DNA from: Eledone cirrhosa
Lineage: Eukaryota
NCBI GenBank assembly: GCA_964016885.1
Contig: OZ024755.1
Location: forward strand, 11,098,001-11,162,000
Length of the DNA: 64,000 nucleotides
Reading direction: 5' to 3'
The notes beneath the pieces were generated by a model. That model searched no databases. It was not told the origin of the DNA and saw only the letters and a list, made by a program, of their open reading frames with translations. Positions 30,870 through 41,800 of this stretch are shown piece after piece (within the stretch, counting starts at the first letter, position 1; each line of letters opens with the position of its first letter). Made by a program: the position numbers and the translations under genes.

Positions 30870-30900
<31 letters not shown>

Positions 30901-30980
30901 CGAAGGAAATGTGGTAAGGAACCAGGTGGACCATAACGCACCAAAGTACTCAATACTTAGGGTAGTAGAGTGGATAATAG

Positions 30981-31094
30981 GAACCAGTAAGACTCCGACG
31001 GCTGAGCTCAAGCCGTTTTGATGGCTAATTCTGGACTAGTCCAGAATTAGCCGTCGAAACTGCTTGAGCTCAGCCGTCAGGGTCTTACTGGTTC
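30981..31094. repeat. 114-bp spacerless palindrome between (TA)n runs
   Basis: 57-bp arms with 5 mismatches, centred on GGACT|AGTCC. Confidence 0.9.
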
Positions 31095-31417
31095 ATATAT
31101 ATATATATATCATCATTTAACGTCCACTTTCTTTGCAAGCAAGGATTGAACAGGTTTATGTAGACCAAAATAGTACTGAAGTGGAGCTACTGACCTCCCA
31201 GACAGGCCAAGCGATCTGCATCTTGCTTATATCATATGCTGAGAAGTGTTCATGCATTTTGACACAAACTGAAGAGTCCTCCCACTTTACAGTATGTACT
31301 GGGTGTTTTTATTGCGATCACCAGCACTAGGGAGGCTGTCATGTCATTGACACAGCTAAAGGGTCTTCCAACATAAAATATACTATATATATATATATAT
31401 ACATACATATATACATA

Positions 31418-31880
31418 GTTATACTTGGGGGTCATATTTGTGTAATATTGCCAGAATTAATAACAGAACACACTCACTGTTTGGTTGGTTTTCGCTTCTG
31501 TCTTTTATATCGGTTAATTTAACTTATTCGGTCCTCAATGTTGCCATTGACTGACCAACGGTCAAAAATACAATGCAACGGGAGGAAACAATAGCACCAC
31601 TGACGATGTTGCAGATGTGCAACGAAAGAACTTTGATAGACTATATATATGTGTTTGTGTCTATATTGTGTCTGTATTTTTTACCGTTGGTCAGTCAATG
31701 GAAACATTGAGGACCGAATAAATTAAATTAACCGATATAAAAGACACAGAAACGAAAACCAACCAAACAGTGAGTGTGTTCTGTTATTAATTCTGGCAAT
31801 ATTACACAAATATGACCCTCCCCAAGTATAACAATATTTGTTTCGACACGCGATTTCATATCAAAAACCTCCCAAAACAT
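31418..31880. mobile_element. Penelope-like foldback fragment with degenerate minimal hammerhead in the spacer
   Basis: Inverted arms 31418-31572 and 31673-31832; CTGACGA-t-gttgca-gatg-tgcaac-GAAA at 31600-31627; TA-rich flanks. Confidence 0.65.
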
Positions 31881-31903
31881 ATATACATACATACATACAT
31901 ACA

Positions 31904-31939
<36 letters not shown>

Positions 31940-31978
31940 TATATACATATATATACACATACATATATATACACATAC

Positions 31979-32013
<35 letters not shown>

Positions 32014-32467
32014 CATACATATATACATACATATATACATACATACATATATACATATACATACATATATATACATATATACACATATATACATACATAT
32101 ATATACATATATACATACATATATATACATATATACATATACATACATATATATAAATGAAAATAGAGAAATTAATGTAAGCAAGAAGCTGACAGTAATT
32201 CAGACATATATACATACATACATACATATATATACATATATATATGAATTAGAACCCTGTAACCATTAAGCTCTAAGTATAAAGTACAAATAAATACTGA
32301 GCCGATTAACAATATATAGTAAGAAACACAGTAAACCGTGTGTCTAAAATTACAAGGGTTGAAAAACCACATATGCTTGAAATATTTAACCAAGAAACAG
32401 ACAGAATGACAAAATGAAAATAAAAATATATTATCATAATAATACAAACCGCCTCAATAACCATTAT

Positions 32468-32549
32468 ATCTCTCGGACAGATTATCCCTAATCTGTTTCG
32501 CCCTGAGTGTGTTTGTAACAGATAATCATGGGCTTCATCAGCAAGAGAT
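32468..32549 (-). ncRNA. Type I hammerhead ribozyme (inverted copy)
   Basis: Reverse-complement copy of 32854-32935: stem I atctcttg/cgagagat (one G-U), stem II gccc/gggc, identical core and stem III. Confidence 0.88.
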
Positions 32550-32853
32550 TGCGATTAAATGTCACAAACACTATTTGCCAACGTTCACACAGAAAGATGA
32601 ACTGTGTTTCTTACTATATATTGTTAATCGGCTCAGTATTTATTTGTACTTTATACTTAGAGCTTAATGGTTACAGGGTTCTAATTCATATATATATTTC
32701 TGCTCCCTTACAAGTTGAGCTATTAAGTTGTGCATGTTGGACTGTTATTTCTGTTCAATACACGCTTACCACGTTTGACTGGTGGAACACGAGGTGATAA
32801 ATTCATCTTTCTGTGTGAACGTTGGCAAATAGTGTTTGTGACATTTAATTGCA

Positions 32854-32935
32854 ATCTCTCGCTGATGAAGCCCATGATTATCTGTTACAAACACACTCAG
32901 GGTGAAACAGATTAGGGATAATCTGTCCGAGAGAT
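32854..32935 (+). ncRNA. Type I hammerhead ribozyme
   Basis: Stem I atctctcg/cgagagat; core CTGATGA (32862-32868) plus one extra A; stem II gccc/gggt; GAAA (32904-32907); stem III Acagatta-ggga-taatctgT; GUC site with predicted cleavage after 32927. Confidence 0.88.
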
Positions 32936-33132
32936 ATAATGGTTATTGAGGTGGTTTGTATTATTATGATAATATATTTTTATTTTCATTTTGTCATTCT
33001 GTCTGTTTCTTGGTTAAATATTTCAAGCATATGTGGTTTTTCAACCCTTGTAATTTTAGACACACGGTTTACTGTGTTTCTTACTATATATTGTACATAT
33101 ATATACATACATATATATATATACATACATAC

Positions 33133-33165
<33 letters not shown>

Positions 33166-33260
33166 CAGGTATACATATATATACATACATATATATATAT
33201 ATATATATACATACATATATATATATATATATATACATACATATATATATATATATATAC

Positions 33261-33307
<47 letters not shown>

Positions 33308-33445
33308 TCCGTTTTATTTTTTTCTCTTTTTTCTGAGTTAGAAAATGTTTAAAACAAAATATTTTACTTTGTGTGAAGTGTTAAGGTATTAGTTAATTTA
33401 TTTATTAATTAACAATGGCATTTATTTATTTAATAATTGTCTATT

Positions 33446-33515
<70 letters not shown>

Positions 33516-34074
33516 AATGAGAAAACTAATCACTGGAACAGCCATTAAAACAGCTAAATGCTGTCAGAGACCAGCAGCCAGTAGTCAACAGAGGGACAAA
33601 CCTCAAGGTGGGTGACAGGCAGATGAAATATAGAAGAGATTGTAGTTTAATGACATGCCCCAATCCTATCATGTTACAGCTCACTTCTATATAGGTTTAG
33701 CTGGCCTCCTACAATATTGTATTGCTGAGGAAGTTCCTTGGGTGTTTTAATGATAGGTGCCCCAGTCATATTATGTTGTTACAGTTCACACCTATGTAGG
33801 TTTAATTAGCTTCCTACAAGGTACATCTAACTAGACGTTTCTTCGGTGTCTTTTTTTAATGATAGATGATTTAACTCTATCATGAAAAGCAATGTGAAAT
33901 GAAGTATCTTGCTGCCCAGTCCAGAAATCGAACCCACAACCTTATGATTACAAGTCGATCACCTTAATCACTATGACACATGCCTTCTAAATCAGAGAAC
34001 TGAGAAGGTAGGAAAGGTGAAAATGAAAAAATACAAAAAAAAACAATATAACACATTTGCCATAGATAAATGTC

Positions 34075-34086
34075 TTTATTTTTATT
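34075..34086 (-). terminator. SRRT: Putative SRRT polyadenylation signal
   Basis: Two adjacent AATAAA on the minus strand followed by a U/GU-rich tract (tgtgttatattgtttttttttgt). Confidence 0.5.
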
Positions 34087-36209
34087 GGTTTTCTCACCAT
34101 CACCACCATCAATAGCTACTGCTTCAGGCATTGATGGGATGTTAAAGGAGTATGGTGATGTAGCTGACCAGGTCAGAAAGAGGAGAACGAGATGGAGTGT
34201 CAGATGATGAAGAGAAATAATGAAGCAAGCTAGTAATGATCTCAGCAACATAACTTCACATACACACAGACACAGTTGAATCTCAAAACATCAAAATCAA
34301 GTGTGGTGGTGGTGGTAAAGGTAGAGAGAGAATAATAGAGAGAAAGAGAGAGTGGAGGGAGAGAGGAATTTGTTTTTGCATATTGGTGGATGGAAAGTGT
34401 CTTTACAGCTAGTTGGATATCATTCACACTGCTCTATCCAACCATGTTGATAACAGCTCAAACATACATAAGTTTACCTCTTAATATCCTGCAAATGATT
34501 TAACAAAGAATATCTAAAAATGATTTTGTTAATACAAAGTAAGGACTTCAATTAATTTTTAATATGATGTCTTGCTGATACGACTTCATGTGATACAGGA
34601 CATTAAGAGTTAACTTGCCTCCTATGATGCTGCATCACATAGATTTCTGGGATGTTATAATGATAGGGGCTCCAATCCTATTATAAAAATTATAAAAATA
34701 CTTTCACGTGGATCTGCTTGTAGTCATGTTTTTCAACTGAATGGACTGAAGCAACATGTCTTGCTCAAGGACACAATACACTGCCTGGACCAGGAATCAA
34801 ACTCACGACCTTATGATTGTGAGTCCAACACTCCAACCACTAGACCAGTAAAGGTGGAAGTTGCTTTGTCAGTCAGACATACTGAGGCAAGCAGTGTTGA
34901 CTTTCTTAACAGTAAATGGATCTCTTTCATGTTTTATCAATTGAATTATGCTGTAAGTGGCTGATATTCCACAGACAAATGTCCCATTAAAATAACCTTC
35001 AAGCAGAATCAACAAGCACTCTATGTAGTGTGAGATCGCTGGAACTTTTGAATTTCAAGTACAATCCACTTGACAAGCTTCCACACAGTTTCTGTCTACC
35101 CAATTTCATTCACAAGACTTGGGCTGACTTGAGAATATGGTAAAAGACACTTGATTAAGATGCCCCATGGTAGGATAGAAACGAGGACCTTGTGATTGCA
35201 AAGAGAACTTCTTAACCATTGGGCCATACACTTTAAGAATGTGTGTAGGATGAGTGTTTCAATTGTTCATACAATGGAACAGTCTGAAATAAACATAACA
35301 TGCAAGTGGCTGAGCATTCCACAGGCACATGCACTCTTAACATTCAGCATGATACAGTAAGTGATAAAACTGGGCCTTTGAAATATAAGCACAACCTATT
35401 TTTATTGAGTGGACTGGCGCAACTGACCATGGGTTTGCACCTGTAGAGTTCCTCTCAAGGCACAAGCCTGGTCAAGGTGTTTTGTGGAAGACCAACAGTT
35501 GCCCATGTATACCAGTCTACCCTCTGCACAGCACCAAAGTTTAACCAAAGGAAAAGCAAGGGCCAATCTAGGCACTAGCATTATCACAACTCACTCTCTT
35601 TGCCAGTTCTGTGGACTGGAGAAATGTGTAGTAAAGTGTCTTGCTCAAGGACACAGTGCACAGCCTAATAAAGGTGTAAAAATCACAACCTTACAATTGT
35701 GAGCCCAACACCCTAACCATGTGCCAGCACCACTACCAACACTGATTTGACAGTACTATCATCATCGGTATCACCACTACTTCCAATGCCACCCCTAACA
35801 CAAATAATTGCTGCCATCAATGTCACTTAACACTTACCACCACCACAACAACAACAACAACACCAACTGAACTGCCAAGAAAACCACCACCACCACCACC
35901 TCTACCATCCATGCTAGCTTGCTGAATGCAAATGAGTTAGGCACACTGGAAGATATGCAAGAAAACAAAGGAAAAGGTGGAGAGACAGTCAGACAAACAT
36001 GAGTAAAACTGAAAACATTTAAATATTTATGGTAAAACGGGATGGGGAAGGGGGGGAATAAGAATGATGCAAAGAAAGACAGAACGAGAGATAAAAACAA
36101 GAATGAAAAAGAGAGGAAGAGATGAGTGATAAAAAAAAATAAAATAAAATTAAAAAAAATGTCTTGTTTAAAAAAAAAAATTTACAAAGCTAAAAATAAA
36201 GTATGATAT

Positions 36210-36279
36210 TTAGAATATGTCTACATCTTCTGGTGCGTCAAGATCTCGATATTCTATAATGCTCCTTGGATCAGAACGT
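36210..36279 (-). CDS. SRRT: SRRT last coding exon ([22 protein letters not shown])
   Basis: ttctag| acceptor; conserved C-terminal motif; TAA at 36212-36210. Confidence 0.96.
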
Positions 36280-38803
36280 CTAGAAAGAAAGAAAGTCAAG
36301 AATGTTTATTAGTTCTATATATATAAAGTAAATGGTTGTTTGTAAATGGGTAATGTTTGAAAATAGGAATTTCATATGAGAGAAAATAGTAAAAGAAAGA
36401 GAGAGAGAGGGTGAGAGAGGAGAGAGAGATCAACAGAAAAAGTGACATAGAGAAAGAGAGAGAGGGGAAAAAAGAGACAAAGATAGACAGAGAGAGAGAG
36501 AAAGAGAGAGAAAAGGCAATTGATTAGGCAGAAAATTGGCAGAGTCGTTAGAACATCGGATAGAATGCTTTGTGGCATTTATTTCAGTTCTCTACTCTCT
36601 GAATTCAAATCCTACCAAGGTCAACTTTACCTGTCATTCATTCGAGGTTGATAAAAAAAAAAGTACCAGTCTAGTACTGGGGTAGATTCTTCCTCTGTAT
36701 ATCTTTCTCACTTCCATTCTCTCACTTTCTATCCTTCTCTGGAAGAAATCTGCTGTATTCAGACCTGGAGAGAAGAAGAGCTCCACCAGGTTTCAAAAAA
36801 GTACCCTAAAAACACCATATATCAATATGGTGCCCCTACGACTCCTTCAGGAGTCACGTTACCATGCATGCGTATCTGGTCTTGAAGAAACTGAAAAATA
36901 TGATTATATAAACTAAAAACTATCATGGGTTGTATGGATCATTAGAGATCAAGACAGTATTTAATCAGAACTACTGACCTCCAGGATAGGTAAGAGGACC
37001 ATGTTTGACACAATAAGCATGATTTCTATGATTTGACGTCCTTCCAACAACAAATACTTTATAGCATGTACTGGATGAACTTTTTGTGGCACCAGCACTA
37101 GAGAAGTTGTAATGTCCTTAATGGAACTGTACAACCCTCTTAACCCTTTAGCATTCAAACTGGCCAAATCTAACAGAAATTATTTCCCCATTATTTGTTC
37201 AAACTGGCAAAATCCAGCTGAAGACACTCACACTAAGATATCATTCTAAAAATAAATAATATTGTCATTAAAGTCTTGTTGATTCAAGATTACTGCAAGA
37301 TAAAATAGATAATTGTAAACTATTGATATTTAAACATCTACTGACAAAAATGTCAAGTCTGCACATAGAAAATTAACAAAATTACAAATATAGTAACAGA
37401 GTAATATAAATGCTAAAGGGGTAACATAGTAGAGCTCTCTCTACTGCTCAGATTAGTGAAACGTAACATACCTGTACGGTTTTATATGTCCTCCTAAACC
37501 AACATTTCCAATGCCACCTCCTCTTCTGTAGTCAAGCCGATAGTTGTCTCGACCATAATTGGAAGCTACATATGGAGCAGGGGGTGCTACAAAATAATGA
37601 AAACAGAGAAACAACTGGTGAATAAACACTGAAAACTTTTCATTGAAGAAATAATATTTTGAAATGTTTAGCAATAAAAACAAAAGATATGGAGCCAATC
37701 ATCAGATTGGACCAAGGAAATAATGTTGCCGTTGGTCTTTTCATTGCTGAAAACTATTTGCCAGTCGCGAGTAGTGGCAAAAGGAGGCAGGATTTGAACT
37801 CAGAATGCACAGAAATGGATCAGATGTCGTGTTTTATCATGGCACCAGCACTGCCACTATACAGAGTCAACTGGGAGTGTTTTATCATGTCATCAACACT
37901 GCCACTATACAGAGTCAACTGGGAGTGTTTTATGATGGCACCAGCACTACCAATATACAGAGTGGACTGGGAGTGTTTTATCATGGCACTAACACTTTAC
38001 AGAGCACAGTGGGTGTGTTTTATTATGGCAGCAGCACTAACTAGGTTCAACATTGCTTAACTTCAGTGATCAGACAAGAACTGGTGCTATAAACATGATG
38101 TGGCTGTAAAAGATTCTGCAATAATGAAAATATAATAAATCCACTTACCTCCATAGAGTAAAGGTGGTCTTGGCTGGTTGTAAGCCAGCATCTGAGGAAT
38201 TGCTTGAAAGGCATTACCTGGCCCCAACAAGCTGTCTCGTTGGCCAGTTGCAGCGCCACTAGAGCCTGGCTGTTTCGTCCCAGGATGTTCAGGTAACTGA
38301 GGTCGTTTGGGGTCAAGCAGATAGTTGTTGAAGAAGGCAACCTTTAAAAAAGGAATAAAACATTAGAAATATTTGAGCAGATAATCACAACAAATTCAGA
38401 AATCAGTCGGAGCTATAGTGAGATTCTACATTACTGATATTTGAGGCTCATGAATCTAGGCCTTGCTGTAAACATTGCAAGGGTTATATATATATATATG
38501 CTTGATTGTGAGTATATCCCTAGGGAAAGATGCTTGTGAAGTATTCTTTAAAGTACTTTACTGAGATATACCTTTCAGTTATTTTGTATAAGATACTCTC
38601 TATAAATATTTGCTTCTCTGAATAAGATCTTTTTAACAATCTCTTTTCATTGAGATGTTATGTATATTCGTAACAAATTTAATTATGTATAATAATAATA
38701 ATTGTTTCTACTTTAGGCACAAGGCCAGCAATTACCCAGTACATTACTGGTACTTTATTTTATCGAGCCCCGTAAGGATGAAAAGCAAAGTTAAATAATA
38801 ATA

Positions 38804-38843
<40 letters not shown>

Positions 38844-41800
38844 ATATATTACATACCAAATGTAATACCATTATTATTAATTGTTTCTACTTTTGGCACA
38901 AGGCCAGCTATTACCCCAGTGTATTACTAGTACTTTATTTTATCCACCCCGTAAGAATGAAAGGCAAAGTTAACCTCGGCGGGATTTGAACTCAGGTAGT
39001 ATCGGTAGAGGGTTGGACACCATGCTTTCTAGCATAGTTACGTCCCTTTATGGTCCGAGTTCAAATCCCATTGAGGTTAATTTTGCCTTTCATCCTTACG
39101 GGGGTCGATAAAATAAAGTACCAGTTATGTACTGGGTCATTGCTGGCCTTGTGCCAAAAGTAGAAACAATTATTATTAATGTTGTCAACTTGATGTTGAT
39201 CGTGATGATGATGATAAAATAAATGCCAATAGAAAATAAAACATATGAAACATAGACAACACACAAAACATACTCACCTCTTTTTTCACTTCTTCGATCT
39301 TTTCACTGTGCTTGTTGAAAATGTGCTTTCGCACAAAATCTGGGCCTTTGAACTTCTTGCCACTCAAAGGGCACAACCACTTGTCAATGGCCAGCTCTTG
39401 TGTATTCAATGTCACAAACTTCTCAACTTCACTGTGTATCACAAAGTTAAGGAACTTATTGGAATCAGCAGCACAGCTTAGTGAAGGGGTTTCGGTATAA
39501 TCCGTTAACTGTTTTTATTTTTTTTTTTTTTTCACCCCAAGCAAGGCAATAAAGCCACTAAAATGCAAGGAGTTACTGGGATGGGAAAAGGACAAAATAG
39601 GGAGAACATAATTCAAGGAGAGAGAAGATGATTCAACTAGTTAAACCACTAGAAACCTCCCAGTGTTCTATGATACAAAGCTCTATATTTTAAAAGATTA
39701 TTTTTATGTAAGCACACCAGTTTAATAAAGAGAAAGTTAGTTACATTATTAAATCTCTTCAAATTCTTATTTTCATTTTTGAAGTAATGTTCCTTTCTAA
39801 CATTAACCTTTTAATCAGCTCTGATGATAATGGCCCTATTCTAAACCAGATACACACATAGACTGCTATAGATAGCTTAACCACAATCATAAACCTTTTT
39901 TAAACCTCTTGATACCAACCTGGCCAAAACCTCTTCTGGTTCTTTGAAACAAAACCACCCATTTTAAAGTATTCCTATTTAAATTAATATCTTCCAACAT
40001 AATTTTATATAAGAACCATATATAAGATTGCTATCTTAGTAATTTTAGTAAATCCCTCAAAATTCTTCATTAATTAGTTAAAATTAGAAATAAAGTTATG
40101 AAAAGATTAAACATTTTTCACAATTATTCTTCATTTTTTTTCCCCAATAACATGGAAATGTTTGTTTTTTTGTATATATTTGCAAGTTCTAAGCAAGCAT
40201 AAACTAAAAAGGATACGCATTCGGGTCTTTCCTGCCCAACAAAATGGCTTGCTTTTTGTCAATAACATGTTGCATGTCTACAAAAGCTTTGATTTTACTT
40301 TCAAAATTATTCATCCAGTCGGTCACTGAAGATAAATAAAACAGAAAAAAAAGAGAAAATACTAACAATGAAGCAATTAAATAAAAGATAAATATTTCAC
40401 ATTATTAAGCTGTATGGGTTTGTGTCTCAGAACGATTTCGACCCCATACAGGGTAGGTGCCTGGAAATTTAGTGCCCTAGACTAGCCATGCAATGTACAT
40501 TCCATTCCCCTAAATAATTTCAACTCATGTGGCAGGTCATAACACCATACAACCCTCTCCACTGCTTTAGATATTTCCACAATACTGCTACATGGCAAAG
40601 ATATTTAGTGATTTATTTATTGATCACAGGAAATTATTATAGATTTAACAGCGAGACGCGGTCACCCAGCCAACCTTGCCTCAAGTGGGACAGCTCCCAT
40701 CTAACCCATGCTAGCATGGAAGATGGACGTTAAACGTAGATGATGATGATGATACACATTTGTATAAAACTGATCCTTTAAAGTTCAGTAATATGTTCCT
40801 CTGAGGTCTGTGCCCTTCACAGCTGCCCTAACACACTTTAATGGTAGCACTGGCACTGGCCCTATGGATTTTTATGTTTCAGAAACAAATGAGCCCAATG
40901 GATCCTTAGTTTTCTGAAATAATCAGGCACTATGGGTTACTTTTCAGAAAGAAATAGCTGAACTAGTCATATACTAGATATATATATATACTTCATCATC
41001 TTGCTTGTAATCGAGTATCAATAGAAAAATAAAAATACATACCATCATTGTGTGTTATTTTCAGTGGAGGTGGTCCACGTCCATGGATAATGCCACATCG
41101 GTGTGGCATCTCATCCTCATTAGGATATTCACTAGCGCTATAATAGTCCAAGGAATGGACAATACGCAGGTACAATATCATACGATCAAGGACCTAAAAC
41201 AAGAAAGTGTAAAAAAATAAATGATCCTTTCAATTCATTCAGGGAAAACAGACAGGGTAAATATATGCCACGAGATACCAGTAGAAGGGAGATGCAGTAG
41301 AGGAAGACCTGGGCAGAACTGGTGGGAGCTGATCTCAAAACACTAAAACTCACAATACCATGTTTTGTTTACATATGTTCCAGTTTTCAACAGCTGAATG
41401 ACTTTCCTAACACCAACTACTATACAGAGAGGGAAATATAAATGCCCTTCCTAATACCAACCACTTTACAGATAGGGAAATATAAAAGACAATACAGTAA
41501 AACAAAGATGAAGACAAAACTCACAGAGATTAAGTTTGTGTCTCTATCCATGGTCAGTTCATGTGTCTCTTCTTTTGATTTTTCTTTATCTTTATCCTCT
41601 ATGCTTCCACCTAAAACAACAAGGAAGTATTTAAACAACAAATTACAATAACAAGCAAAAAACAATTTAAGGCCATTTTCTCTGCAGGTCCCAACATAGA
41701 CTTAACCCTCTAGCATATACATTACTCTATATTTACTATTGTATTTTCATGGTAAATTCTTCATCTCACATAATATTGAATCTATGCAATTTTGATATTA

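Larger units (their letters stand above)
32236..33094. mobile_element. Non-coding Penelope-like/retrozyme-like element with inverted and partial tandem duplication
   Basis: Inverted arms 32309-32601 and 32802-33094; inverted arms 32236-32332 and 32601-32697; 24-bp direct repeat 470 bp apart (32601, 33071); two hammerheads; flanked by TA-rich microsatellite. Confidence 0.75.
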
